From positions 164,672,001 to 164,736,000 of the forward strand of contig OX597815.1 of the NCBI GenBank assembly GCA_951406725.2: a stretch of DNA of 64,000 bases, read 5' to 3'. Of this stretch, positions 50,777-64,000 are shown piece after piece. Origin of the DNA: Octopus vulgaris. Taxonomy: Eukaryota. Under the pieces are notes generated by a model, which made no database searches, was not told the origin of the DNA, and was given only the letters and a program-made list of their open reading frames with translations. How positions within the stretch are numbered: the first letter of the stretch is position 1; each line of letters begins with the position of its first letter. The position numbers and the translations under genes are program-made.

Positions 50777-51619
50777 AATATGTATGTATGTATGGAGAGA
50801 GTACATTCTTACATTGCTCAGTTTGTAGTTCTACCTTTGACTGAAATTGTACCCCTAGAGCCAAAGGCTCTCTATTTGAGAATTGCTGCTTATTCTTTTG
50901 TTTCTCTGAGGAGTATATGCAGTGAGAGCCAATGTTTCCAGAAATAGACCTGATATCCAAACAGCTGAGATTAGAGCAGTTAATACATGTTTAAAGGTAG
51001 TTTCAGCAAGATACACTTCTACAAAATATAGCTATTGAGTTATGAGCATTAAGAAGTGAGGTACTGAATTGGTTTATGTAGATGAGGTAATGAATAGCTC
51101 ATTTCATAGAGAGACTGCTACAATAGCAGAAGATACAAGTTGCTGCCTGTGTCTTGGATGAAAGCTATTTTATTCTATTTTCCTTTTTAAGCTTTATCTT
51201 TTTTTTTTTGTGTATGTTCTGAAGTGTGTATATCTCTTATCTTTTACTTGTTTCAGTCATTGTACTGCAGCCATGCTGGAGCACCATCCTGAAGATGACC
51301 CCCAGTATTTTTTTTGTTTTTTAAACCTGATACTTATTCTATCACTTTCTTTTGCTGAACCACTAAGTTATCAAAATGTAAACACTCCAACACCTATTGT
51401 CAAGCAGAGGTGGGGAACAAATACAGACACACACACACACACACACATACATAACATGCTTCTTACAGTTTCCTTATACCAAATCTACTCACAAGGCTTT
51501 GGTCAGCCTAAGACTATCGTAGAAGACACTTGACCGAGGTGTCATGAAGTGGGACAACCCAGAACCATGTGATTGGGAAGCAAACATCTTGCCACATGTA
51601 TGCCTATGGGGTGGAGGGT

Positions 51620-53100
51620 TTCCTGAAACCCTGTTTCTGCAGAATTTCTTAGACATCTGTAAAAGATTAGCAGCCATACAAAATTAAAGTAGGTTTGGTC
51701 TAGTATAAATACAGTCTTCTATATGGATTTAACATCAGTTAAAGGTTTTCAGAAATTATTAGGATTAGTTGTTAAAAAGGGTATGGTACTTCAATGTGGG
51801 TATTATTCACAAGAAGTAGGGGGAGAATTAATCTTTTTAACTCGTTTCTTTGGCATGTAGGGTGTGTGAATGATGGTGCTGGAGCTTAGAAATAATTTGT
51901 AAATTCCTTTTACAACATAGTTTGGAGAGATCTCTGTCTAAAGACATGCAAGTGTGTCTGTTAGCATAAAAGATAAAAGACACATAGTTTTGTGATTGTA
52001 AGTGTCATCAGAGTTTTAAAAAAGGCTTTGTCTGCCCTTGATGTCATTTCAGCTTGTCAGAAAGTTTCTAACCCTGTCTGATTGTTTTGAGATAGTCAAT
52101 AATCAGGCAACTTAGCTAGATTCTGGTATCAGATGCAAAGAATTTGCTCTTTTTGCTAAAGTTCTCAATGGTAAAAAAAAATATTTGGTCCTGGGAAATT
52201 GAAATTGTCACTGAACAAGAAAAGGGACCCAACATAATATTGGCAATAATCACTTGTTTTACTATTAGGTCTGCTAGATATGAAGGCAACTGGCATGGTC
52301 TTTTTTTCTAGTTATATATATATATTGAAGATGTAGTTTGTAATTAAGTAATTAACCAAGTGTTGAATAATTGCCCATATAGAGAAGGTAAAGAATTTGA
52401 CGAGGACAAAACCAGTTTGTGTATACATTGTTCTATGGTAATGTCTAGACTACTGTGAAGTTCTTTTCTTGTTCAACATGAATAATCAAAATAATTACTG
52501 CATTTCATAACAGTGTTCATCTCTACCTACTTGTTGGTAGAAGAATTTCCTCTTAATGTTGTAAGCTGTATGTTTTTTCATGTTCACCTCTAGTACTGCT
52601 TCTTGTTCACCATTTGATTATTTTTGGATTAATTATAGGTTTTGGTATGAATTTGTGGAGGATTTGCTCTGTTACTCATTTGGGTGTCTCCAATAGGTTG
52701 GCATTGTTGCAGAATAGCTACCATGAATAACCAGTGTAGAATTGGCAGAGAATCTCAGTTTGACTAATTTGTGTGATTAATATATAATATTTTGATTAAA
52801 AGCAAGATGTAGTGATAGAGCAGAAATTGGAAAACTGTATATATGCAGCTAGAATGATATCTAAGTAGAGACCATATTTTAACATGAGAAAAGAAATGGC
52901 ATAAAAATCTGGTTAGCTATTGAAATGAAGAAATGGAGTTTTTCTGTATTTTCTGTGCAAACTAAAACAGTATAAGTGGTGTTTGAAAACCCTGAGAACT
53001 TTGATGCAGTTTGAGAGTTAATTAAGTACCTTATGGTTTGGTGAGCTGTAAGTGCAAGAAATGTCTCAAGATGACTTTGAATAATTGGCATTTTCAACCA
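51620..53100 (-). mobile_element. Possible highly decayed Penelope-type RT
   Basis: Only short remnants (FYQQ, LYMG, KPT) in the expected order on the minus strand. Confidence 0.3.
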
Positions 53101-53975
53101 AAGCATCTGGAATAATTTATTGCTAATATTTAAGAGATGGGTTGATTCTAGAGCCTACATTTACACAAAAAGTTTTACTATTTTGAGATCAATGTGTCCC
53201 AAGCAGTTAATGGATACTTGAGTATCCATTGTATCTCTGTATATTAATCTCTAGAAAATGTGTTTTTTAGTCATACATTATCATCATTGTTTTAACATTT
53301 GCTATTCTATTCTTGCTCAAGTCAGATTAATTTGATGAGGCAGCAAATCTCGCTTGTTTCCAAGCAAAGTGCTATTTCTTCTAGCTCTTCAAACATGAAC
53401 AGCACAAATTCTGGACATGTCTACATGGAAGGTTGGCATACCTATGCCTATAAATATAATGTGTGTGTGTGTGTGTGTGTGTGTGCATATGTAGCTAAGA
53501 ACATTGCTTTGTAACTATATGGTTTCAGATTCTATCCCACCATGTGGCTCTTTGGGCACATAGTGCCTTGTGAGGAAAATTCAATAAGCAGAAACTGTGT
53601 AGAAGCTCATCATCATATGGATACTGCTTCAGCTTGACATGTCTCCCAAAATCAAAGTATGCAAGATGTCTCTTAGTGGTTTAATCTAGAACTAACTATC
53701 TTATGTGAAACAGAACTACGGTTGGCATCGAGAGGGACATCTGGCCATAGAATACTGCCTCAGACAGCTTTGTTCATCCCATGCTAACATGAAAAACTAT
53801 GTGTGTATGAGTATAGAAGTGCCGGCATGGCTCTATGATTTAGATGTTTCCTTCCCTACTACATGGTTTGGGGGTTTGATCCAACTGCACATCACTTTGG
53901 ACAAGTATTTTATACTAGGCTAACCAAGACCTTGTGAATGGATTTGGTAGATAGAAAATGGAAGAAGGCAGTCAC

Positions 53976-54019
<44 letters not shown>

Positions 54020-54210
54020 CTCTCTCTTTCGGAGAGGCACTGAGCAGCTATACGCACACATACACACACGGCAGTAACTCCCGCCTACCGAATTCAATCA
54101 CAAAGCTCCGGTCGGCTCAGGGCTATAGCGGAAGACACCTACCCAAAGTGCCACGCAGTGGGACTGAACCTGAAACCATGTAGTTAGAAAGCAAGCTTCC
54201 TAACCACACA

Positions 54211-54251
<41 letters not shown>

Positions 54252-54828
54252 ATGTTTGTGTATTTGTTTACATCTGCAATCACTTGCATGGAAATGTTGT
54301 CAGTTTCTCTTATCAACAAACACTCCTGCTATCTCACCTCGAATAACTGTCCAACTCATGCAAGCATGGAAAGTCATATTCAGAAGATTAAATAATTTTT
54401 GCCTTCTTGGAAGGTGGCCATTGTTTGTTTACTTTAGTGGAAGCCATCAAACCAAAAATACCTTGCATAATTCAGTTACATAAAAAACTATTTCTCTAAA
54501 CCTTTATATATAAATTTTGCACATAAATGTTCTCAGAAGTAAAAGTTAAAAAAACTAAAACTAAGATATAAAAAGGGGAAACAGGTTTATATATATATAT
54601 ATATATAATTATATGACCATAATAATTTAAATTTGACAAATTCTAATTTCTGAAGCAATTTATTTCATTTTATTTATTTACTTATTTTAATTTTTTTCTT
54701 CATAAAATTAAGATTTTGCAAGTTTTTTTTTTTCAGTTTTTTTCTTCATTGATGGTGTTCTATGGTGTGTATTATGTATAAAATGTTTTAGGTGACTTTG
54801 AGATCTTTAACCCTTAGGTAAATGTATA

Positions 54829-55652
54829 CTGTAAAAACACATGTAATTTGCACTTTTTTTTTACAAAAATAAACTTTAAGGGTGTGTAAAAATTACATGA
54901 GTAGATCATTTCTGGAATTTTTTTAGAAATTTTTTTTGTTGAAAAAAGACATACATTCACACCAGAAGTTGAGTCATTTAATGTCAGAATAGGTTTTTAC
55001 AGAAAAAAAATAAGAGCTTAAATATAATGAAGTTGACTTTTATTTATGCTGGATGGTATAATGCTTACTTATTCTGTATAAATTTACTAAAACCATTAAA
55101 TAGTTAACTACTTTTTGAAGTCTGACATTCGTGATGGTAATCACAATCCAAGCCATATTTTACTCAGTTGAGTAAAGTGTCATCCAATCTGATGTTTATT
55201 GTTAATTAAACTTAATTTGCAACACCTGTGCGTATTTATCAGCTTTGTTTTTGTTGATAATTCTTATCAAGAACTTTTCCTGTGATCGTGATTTGAGAAG
55301 ACATACAGCTGTATGCTAAAGATCAGACATGATCTCTTGTGGGCAATGTAAAATAAAGTGTATTATAAACAACACAAACACTTTATAATTTAATAGCTTT
55401 TAATGTGATACCTGTTAAACAGACATTATTTTTATTTAATGAGAATTTAATAAAATCTAATCTATTAAGTAAGTGAAATTATGCTAAATACAACTAAGTT
55501 GGAAACCTTTTTTTTTTCCCTGGCCATATCAGCAATTCTGAAAACTTTTAGATGCAAATTTTACATGAGTAGAAGCTTTTTTTAACAATTTTTATCCTAA
55601 AAATCACCTGCATAAATTACACAGTTACACCAAATTACATGTGTTTTTGTAG
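54829..55652. mobile_element. pogo/Tc1-like non-autonomous element
   Basis: TA|CTGTAAAAACACATGTAATTT ... AAATTACATGTGTTTTTGTAG|TA TIRs with a TA TSD. Confidence 0.75.
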
Positions 55653-56154
55653 TAAACCTCATGTCAAAAAAAATTGTGATTTCTTTTATTTCATTTAACT
55701 AAGATACATTAAAAAACATGCTTGTTCTCTAAGATTATATATCAGTTGGTGTCCAGAATAGATTGTCCAATTCCTTTAGAAGTGTACAAAAAATATCCAA
55801 CAGAGTGAGAGACTTGTATATGCATCATATTTGCTATAACTCAGTTACTGCTGAGAAAGGTTAAATATATATTCCTATGGAATTAGTTCTTTATGAATAA
55901 AAACTACAGAATAATCATACACATGATTGTACAAACCATTTTTGTTGATACAAATTCCCTTGTACAAACCATTTTTGTTGATATACTTTACAGTTCTCTT
56001 CCAAATCTTAAAATGAATCTGTCTTGCTAGTCTGAGCTAATGCTCTTCCTTCCCCGTTGAGTCCACTCTTGACTTCATAGATATTCTTAATATATAAATG
56101 CTCCTTCTATTTGTAAGTCAGTCCAGATCAGCTGATTCAAGATGTTGTCAACTT

Positions 56155-56500
56155 TTTTTAATGTATCCAATGTTTTCCATTTTTAAGGAGTTAACATGTA
56201 ATGTAAGGAAGAGTCAGTCAATTATTGAGAAACTAGACCATTGGCTTGTGATTATATAAGTTTTTGCTGCTGCCATTTTAACAGGTGCTGAGTAATATCT
56301 TATATGATTATAAAGCTGTCAGAACTAATCTTCAGCTCTTTTCTTTGTTTCCAATGTCACTGTTTCTGTAGTGACTTCTTATTTATTTTAGCCTTGGTTT
56401 TTATATCAGAGGAGAAGATTTCCCTTCTTGAATATTGTACTAGAACTGGTACTTCAAATGCAATGTGGGACATTGTTAAATTGTGAGAGAAAAACACTAA
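56155..56500 (+). repeat. About 346-bp direct duplication, copy 1 (copy 2 at 59964-60310)
   Basis: Near-identical by eye from TTTTTAATGTATCC to AAAACACTAA. Confidence 0.95.
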
Positions 56501-56743
56501 TTGCTAATTATTTGTGTTTGGATATACTTGAGGTATTCATTTTGAATTTTTCTTGTTTTATGGGATATTCTCTCAGCTATTTTCTGGTATTTGTGGTTGT
56601 CATTGTCCAGAGCAGGGTTGATAATTAGGCCATTGATTACATAGCTGCCAGTTTTCTAGCTCTTTCACACAGTTTATAGTTTACGAACCTTTGCCTAGAA
56701 TTCCTATGTGAACAGATTATTAGATCAACTTGATTTATATGTA

Positions 56744-56809
<66 letters not shown>

Positions 56810-57969
56810 CTCCCTTTATATTATTGGCATAGCAAAGGCAGTGGATTAACAAAATCAGTAGATTAGCAAATTTTACAGTATTTAGTTCTTTTTAAGTCCT
56901 GAGTTCAAATTGCACCAAAGTTAAATTTGCTTTCCATCCTGCCTGGTTCATGAAATAAACTGAAATGAACAAGTATACTCTTGTCTGAAAATTTAGGCTT
57001 TGTGGCTATATTAGATGATAATATAGACATGGTTAATCATAGTATCAGCAAAGTAAAATTATATTAATTTCTTTTAATATTGGATAATATTGAACCCAAG
57101 CATACATATCCATCAGACTTCATTAGTGATGATAAGATTCAAGAACAGATCACAGACATTGTCACTTTAGCATTACCTTTGGCTATCTCTGCCTATCCTG
57201 TTGCTCCTACAATAGCTTCTGCTTCTTTGCCTGGGTTCATTCTAACAAGCTCTTTATTAACGATGACTGCTGCCGTTTAACCATTTAGCATTGGAAGTAG
57301 TCATATCGAACCTTAAATATTCTACCTGTTTTATGTGTGTTTCAAATCAGCTAGATCTAGCCTCTCACACCTACACTACAATGTCATTCTAAAAATAAAC
57401 AATGTCATCAAAATCCTGGAGCTATAAGATAATATATGATTAATTCAAAACAATGTGAATAAATAAGCATTACATTTGACAGAATAATCTGAACAGTAAA
57501 GAGTTAAGCCTCATGTCAGTCCTACTTGAGTTGACATATGATTAAAGACATTTCAGCTTTGACTATTTTATCTTTGGCATTGTGTATCAAGAACTACATG
57601 TGTCCTTTACTTTTTCTTTAAGTTAACTGGATATAATCAAAAAGAGATATGGTTGTTATTTCTACGTGTTGAGCCACCATGTAGAGGTCCTCTTGTTTGA
57701 TCTGTTTCTACACCAATGGGAATGGTGTGAAATTTCTATTGTAAAAATACAACTTGTTTACACGAGTATTAATCCTTGTGAAACTCATGCATTGCTTGAT
57801 AACTGATCGGAGTATTGACCTGAAAGAATTATCGTGATGGGATCTTAAGGCAGCTTTGCAATCATTTTAATAGTTTCACTGGCATTCCTTTAGATTCCAT
57901 CTTTGTTTAAAGTCTATTAACCCTTTTGTTACCATATTTCTGTTGAGATACTCTGTTTCTTTCAATTAA

Positions 57970-59186
57970 ACTCCATAAGATGTACCCAGTGTAAGCTATG
58001 GACACATAAGAGGTGTGGCAGTATCAAAGGAAGATTAACCGGGAAGATAGCTTTCGTGTGTGGCAGATGCACAGGGGCAATAAACACCACAGATGCTCAG
58101 AAAACAGATTCCATCACATTCCAGGGGAAGAAGCTAGAAGTAATTGATAGCTTCCGCTACTTAAATGACCTAGTTAGTAGTGGAGGTGGATGCTCAGAGA
58201 GTGTTACCACTAGAATAAGAATAGCCTGGGCAAAGTTTAGAAAGCTTCTACCCCTACTGGTGACAAAGGGCCTCTTGCTCAGAGTGAAAGGTAGATTGTA
58301 CGATGCATGTGTGCGAACTGTCACACTTTGCAGCAGTGAAACATGGGCCGTGACTGCTGAGGACATGTGTAGGCTCAAAAGAAATGAAGCTAGCATGATC
58401 TGCTGGATGTATAATGTCAGTGTGCACACACAACAAAGTGTAAGTGCTCTGAGAGAAATGTTGGACATAAGAAGCATCAGATGTGGCATGCAAGAGAGAC
58501 GTTTGTGCTGGTATGATCCAGATGGATGAGGAGAGCTGTGTGAAAAAAGTGCCACTCCCAAACAGTTGAAGGAATCCAGGGTAGAGGTAGACCCAGGAAG
58601 ACATTGGATGAGGTGGTGAAGCATGACCTTCGAACGTTGAGCCATTACAAAGGCAATGGCGAAAGACCGAGACCTCTGGAGATACGCTGTGACTGTGAAC
58701 ACCCAGAAAATAAAGTGAGTTCATGGCTGTATCCTACACCAGTTTCGCATCACCAGCCCCAGCCCATTCAAAGTACCTTGGATCATAGGGTGACATGCTG
58801 TGCTTGAGGAGACCTTTTGAGTCAAGTACATCAACATCAAAATGAAAATCAAATGGAAATTGTAGTTGTGATCTCTGCCGGTGGCACATAAAAAGCTCCA
58901 TCTGAATGTGGCCAATGCCAGCACTGCCTTGACTGGTTTACATGCCAGTGACATGTAAAAAGCACCAACCAATTGTGGCCGTTGCCAGCCTCCTGGCCCC
59001 TGTGCTGGTGGCACATAAAAAGCACCTACTACACTCATGGAGTGGTTGATGTTAGAAAGGGTATCCAGTTGTAGAAACACTGCCAGATCAGACTGGAGCT
59101 TGATGCAGCCTCCTGGCTTCCCAGATCCGAGTCGAACCATCCAACCGATGCTAGCATGGGAAAAGGATGTTAAACAATGATGATGA
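57970..59186 (+). mobile_element. 5'-truncated RTE-like LINE inserted in a piggyBac-like MITE (57917-59340)
   Basis: ORF 58056-58529 (LEVIDSFRYL, RIRIAWAKFRKLLPLL, SETW), UTR and GAT tail. MITE halves with TTAA ends lie on both sides. Confidence 0.9.
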
Positions 59187-59819
59187 ATTTAGTAAAATAA
59201 CTTAGTTATTACTCTAGTGTTGGGAACAGAAATTGTGACTAAGGTTTGATGGAAGATTTTTATTCAAAACTTTTGAAAATGAGACTTTTGTACTACAGAG
59301 CCAGAGGCAGTTTCAGGCAGGTTGGTATCAAAAGGGTTAAATTATATTGCAAAGTACTGATACAGATCACAAATCCCTCTTATTTGGTGGTCTTACTCTA
59401 GTTTGGAAATAATCACAAGGAAAGCTAATGTGAAATATACATGGAAAGGGGTGGGGCACTGGCTAGTTCCATGCAACAGCCTTTTAGGACTCTTGTTGAA
59501 CTTAGTATAGGGTCAGTGGCCTTATAAGGTTTGAGTTTTAGACATCTTTCATGATAGGTTTTGCATTGAAAATTATGCTCTGTGACTTTGTATCAGATGA
59601 TTCAACATTTGTTATGCAATACTTTTCTGTGAAAGTCAGTCAGAAAACATTGCCTTTTGCATTATGTTCGGTGACTAAGGTTGTAGAAACAACCTGTTCT
59701 TCCAGAGAAAATAGTTTACAATACTAACCTGTTCTTGCTGCTAAAATTGTTTGTCAGGTGTTGTTTGGTCTGACTTTGCAATTTATATATATATATAAAC
59801 TGTTGGTGCCTTATAATTT

Positions 59820-59965
59820 AACATACTCACTGATAAAATTTCCACTTTTTTTTTCTAAAATTTCCATTGCATCTTGCAACCTTTTCAGTAGTCGACTATT
59901 GTAAAGGTTGCAAGACACAACGAAAATTTTAGAAAAAAAAAAAAAAAAGAAGTGGTGAGTATGTT
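59820..59965. repeat. About 145-bp imperfect palindrome centred on AGTCGACT
   Basis: AACATACTCAC...TCTTGCAACCTTTTCAGTAGTC|GACTATTGTAAAGGTTGCAAGA...GTGAGTATGTT. Confidence 0.8.
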
Positions 59966-60310
59966 TTTAATGTATCCAATGCTTTCCATTTTTAAGGAGT
60001 TAACATGTAATGTAAGGAAGAGTCAGTCAATTATTGAGAAACTAGACCTATTGGCTTGTGATTGTATAAGCTTTTGCTGCTGCCATTTTAACAGGTGCTG
60101 AGTAATATCTTATATGATTATAAAGCTGTCAGAACTAATCTTCAGCTCTTTTCTTTGTTTCCAATGTCACTGTTTCTGTAGCGACTTCTTATTTATTTTA
60201 GCCTTCGTTTTAATATCAGAGGAGTAGATTTCCCTTCTTGAATATTGTACTAGAACTGGTACTTCAAATGCAATGTGGGACATTGTTAAATTGTGAGAGA
60301 AAAACACTAA
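59964..60310 (+). repeat. About 346-bp direct duplication, copy 2
   Basis: Matches 56155-56500 with few substitutions and one indel. Confidence 0.95.
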
Positions 60311-61209
60311 AGTATACCAATAAGGCATCAAAAGAGAATGACTCTCCCCAGACACAACAGAATATGCTTCAACACACGAGCTCACATAAAGAATCTTGCA
60401 AACCAAATCCCAAACCAAAATATATATTATATATACATATATATATATGAAAAATTACGACAAACACAAGCTTATATTATTGTTGTATTCTGGGATGGTC
60501 TTTTTTTCTTTTTTGCCACTATATATTCATTCTTCACTCATTTATTATTATTATTCTAACTAGTGTCCATTATCAGGAAATCTTTCATCACACACCTGTG
60601 ACCACTTCACTGACACTTTCTGTCTTCATGTGTGCTCTTGCTCCACTTATTTCATGAACAGTGAACATGAGTTAGATTAAGAACAGTTATAAATGAGTGA
60701 AGAATGAAAATATAGAGGGGAAAAAAATGACCATCCCGAAATACAATATCTGTTTCAACAGATAATTTCACATCAGGAGTCTTGCAAAACAAATTCATAA
60801 ACATAACTTATATCATTTGTTTCCTGTATATGTTTCTCCATTGTAGTTATTTGAAGCTTCTACACTGTATGTTCCAAGTGCAATTGGATGCTGAACCACA
60901 ATGGATCATCAAAGGAAGACTTTATTGCACAATGCTACACAGATCAAATACCCCATAATTTCCCCATTAATTACATTTGCTCTGAATATCATAACTCACT
61001 CACTTGCTCTCTCTTTCTTTCTTTCTTTCTCTCTCTCTCTCTCTCTCTCTATCTCTCACTCTCTCTCTCTCTCTCTCTCTCTACCTACCTACACCTTTTC
61101 CATACTTGAATAGATTGACTGGGCCCTCTCCAACACGTTGCCCTGTTACTTGTTACATTTGTCTTTTTTGTGAAGTTAAGCATCCTGAGATTAACTTTCA
61201 ACACTTATT

Positions 61210-62415
61210 CCCATAATTTTCTTGGTCTTCTGTTGTTTCCTTCTGTATGGATCTCTAGCACTTCTTTATCTAACTGTTATCCTTAGGCATTACATATCTG
61301 TACAATGCATCATCATCATCATCGTTTAACGTCCACTTCCCATGCTAGCATGGGTTGGATGATTTTGACTGAGGGCTGGCGAACCAGATGGCTGCACCAG
61401 TCTCTAATCTTGATTTGGCAGAGTTTCTACAGCTGGATGCCCTTCCTAATGCCAACCACTCCGAGAGTGTAGTGGGTGCTTTTTAGTCTTCTCTTTCACA
61501 CTACATCTGATTCCTGATATACAATTGTTTTTCTCTCAGCTTATCTGTTCCATGTCTTTCATGTACAAAAACTCTGCAAATCTAGTTAAGCATGTTTATT
61601 CTTTTCTTTTCAGCCTTCACGCCATCATCCTACAATCTGCCTTTTGCTCAAAACAAAAAAAAAAATTAATCCTTTTATTGTTAAAAGTAAATAACTCCTG
61701 AACTTTTTTCCATCCTGTTATTCTGGCTACTGTGCTTTCAGCACTCTCTCCACCACTGTTGATTAGGTTTTTCAAGGCAACAGAAGCTATCAACTACTCT
61801 TATACAGCCTTTCAAGCATTTGAAAGAATTTTATTGGTTCCTTGACTGCTAAGTAGTTTTGTGCATCTACAACAGTCTTAATTCACTGCCTTTGATTCCT
61901 GTACATTACTTGGGCCTCCATAAATCACTTAGAGTACAGCATATGAAATTTCTACCTACACCTTTTCTGCATAATAAGCATGGCCATTTCTCTGATAGAA
62001 ACGTACTGTATTCTTTCCTACTTACAAAAAACTTTAGTCTTTACTTAGTTTACTCTGAAGCCTTTTAATTCTGTCTGATTTTCATATTTAGAATTTCTTA
62101 TCTAAATCTTCCACAATCTCTATCTCTGCTATATGTATTGTTAGGTCATCACTTTAGAAGACTTATTACTGACAGCCAGTTTTAAGCTCCTCTGTTAATG
62201 GTTGCAGAACTACAATAAATGGGAAGGAACTGAGAACTAAGACTTAATGTACACCCATTTTCACACTAAATTCCTCATTGAATTCATTGTGAACTTTGAC
62301 TTTGCTGACTACAGTTCTATACGTGGCTTGCACTGTTCTCACAAACCATTAATCACCTGATAGTTTTCTTAGCAACTACCAGACTAGAGAGTGTAGTACC
62401 TTGTCAAAAAGTGCT
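61210..62415 (-). mobile_element. Old RTE-like LINE RT fragment with a younger short tail copy (61309-61485) nested inside
   Basis: Degenerate AFDK, LLSDDL and CRKGVGRN motifs on the minus strand. Confidence 0.75.
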
Positions 62416-63740
62416 AGTGTGAAAGTAGGATGATAGGAAACAGTGTGGTGCAGTGGAATGTTGGGAAGGTTGAGTGGGGACAGGTGAGAGACTGATTAAT
62501 TATAGAGAGATGAAAGGGTATTGAAGAAGCAGTGACTACAAGATGGAGATTTATGAAAGATATATTTGGTGATAGCTGAAACATACATATGCATCTCCCA
62601 GCCTCCTTTATTATCATTATTTTTAAGTTCATTATGCTGTTTGCATGAGTGGGCATGTCTTTATCAGAACTGTGTGGATCAGTAATTATTGTGATGCCCT
62701 GCCCCCACCCCCTCGGTCTTTTCCATTTCATCCCATATCTTTGTAGTCCCCCGCTTCCCAAGTTCCATCCACTTAAATTTTAGCATTCAGATTACTCTGT
62801 CGAATGCTTATTAGTTCACATTGGTTTGAATTAACCATGCTTTATCTTGTAGCTTAAAGATTTCTGTGGTTTGACTGCCTATTTTTAGAATGGCGTTGTA
62901 AGGTAGGTGTGATAGGCTGAATCTGGTCAGTTTGAAAATAAAAGGTAGAATATTTGGGCCAGATATTGCTGTTTACTTAAAATCATCAAAATGAAAAGTA
63001 TGCATGCCAGAACATGAACTTGTTTATTTCTCACTTTCAATGACCAGGGTAATAAATTTGTCAGGACATCTGTACTTGGCCACCTTGAACAAGGCCTTCT
63101 GCCTGATATACACACAAACGCTCACATGCAAATATTTAGTTTGTCTAAAATAATCTTGTATTTGTAACATGTCTAGAGAACTTCCTGCTACTGGTTTAAA
63201 CACAACATACAATACTTACACTTGGTTGGTGTCAGGAAGGGCATCCAGCTGTAGAAACATTGCCAGATCAGATTGGAGCCTGGTGCAGCTGCTGGCTCTC
63301 CAGACCTCAATCAAACTGTCCAACCCATGCCAGCTTGGAAAACGGACGTTAAACAATGATGATGATGTATATGATTTTAGAGTTAATAATAAAATTCTTT
63401 TTATGCATATTAAAATCAATACATATTTTCTGCTCCACTATGGCTAACAATCGACACCTGATGAGAAGTAGTGATAGTGTCCTCTTTAAAAAGCAGTTAA
63501 TTTGAATTAACTATTCTCTCCCCAGGCAGTTCATGTGTTTATGTTATATATAGAATTATATAAATTATATTTTAAGTACATGCTTAATGTTTTGTTTTAC
63601 TGCAAAACATTTAATATGTACTGTTTCATTTGTGTTTGTTTTTTTGTAAAGATACATGAATTTATTGCAATAATAATACTTACACTCAATTATCCTTCCA
63701 AACTGTTGTTAAACTTCTTTAAATTAATTACATTTTGCAG

Positions 63741-63872
63741 ATGGCTGATACTTCTAGTCCTGCCAGTAATCGCATAAAGTCATACAAGAATAAAGCTTTG
63801 GATTCTCAAGAACTACGCAGACGTCGTGAAGAAGAAGGTATTCAAATCAGAAAACAAAAGAGAGATGAGCAG
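63741..63872 (+). CDS. Importin subunit alpha, KPNA1/KPNA5/KPNA6 subfamily, first coding exon with IBB domain; the gene continues beyond the window
   Basis: [44 protein letters not shown] versus KPNA1 [34 protein letters not shown]. ttgcag|ATG acceptor and CAG|GTAAAA donor. Confidence 0.96.
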
Positions 63873-64000
63873 GTAAAACTCTTTTCGAGTTTTTTTTTTT
63901 TTTTTTTTTTTTATTCTCCTGCCCCCATTCTTTTTAGTTAAGAATTTTGGACTGCACAACTACTTTGGTACTGAAATTGAAAATTATAAAATTTTAGCTT

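Noticed and set aside
57080-57280. 66-aa hydrophobic ORF
   Set aside because: Non-ATG start, no recognisable family and no convincing splice sites.
60888-61216. Ser/Leu-rich ORFs
   Set aside because: They are translations of a (CT)n microsatellite.
63459-63490. CTGATGAG hammerhead-like start
   Set aside because: No GAAA follows a plausible stem II.
40387-63740. Nested FAM162-like or other host gene in the long importin-alpha intron
   Set aside because: No recognisable coding exons were found by eye; very small exons cannot be excluded.
63873-63941. C-terminal part of the 68-aa ORF ([10 protein letters not shown]...)
   Set aside because: It is intronic poly-T after the donor at 63873.

Overview
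AT-rich, repeat-dense eukaryotic (animal) genomic DNA. The SINE and LINE-tail sequences match my recollection of octopus (coleoid cephalopod) repeats; the organism is an inference. Almost all ORFs in the supplied track are repeat noise. Two real genes lie head-to-head. (1) A complete 5-exon MIX23/CCDC58 gene is on the minus strand (exons 40130-40068, 30498-30373, 24884-24738, 17269-17210, 8363-8310; 149 aa; all introns GT-AG, phase 0). (2) The first coding exon (63741-63872, IBB domain) of an importin-alpha of the KPNA1/5/6 subfamily is on the plus strand. Its probable leader exon ends at a donor at 40386, about 250 bp from the MIX23 start, which suggests a bidirectional promoter. The introns are filled with tRNA-derived SINEs, RTE-like LINE fragments, non-autonomous Helitrons, MITEs (piggyBac-, hAT-, pogo- and Merlin/Mutator-like), pogo, mariner and hAT transposase remnants, an R4/Dong-like RT fragment and Penelope-like terminal repeats. 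Highlights: minimal hammerhead-ribozyme motifs with compensatory changes; a PHD finger inside the LINE reverse transcriptase; a putative pseudoknot module in the LINE 3' UTR that repeatedly seeds 26-bp minisatellites and coincides with a shared truncation point; and MIX23-importin-alpha linkage that parallels human 3q21.
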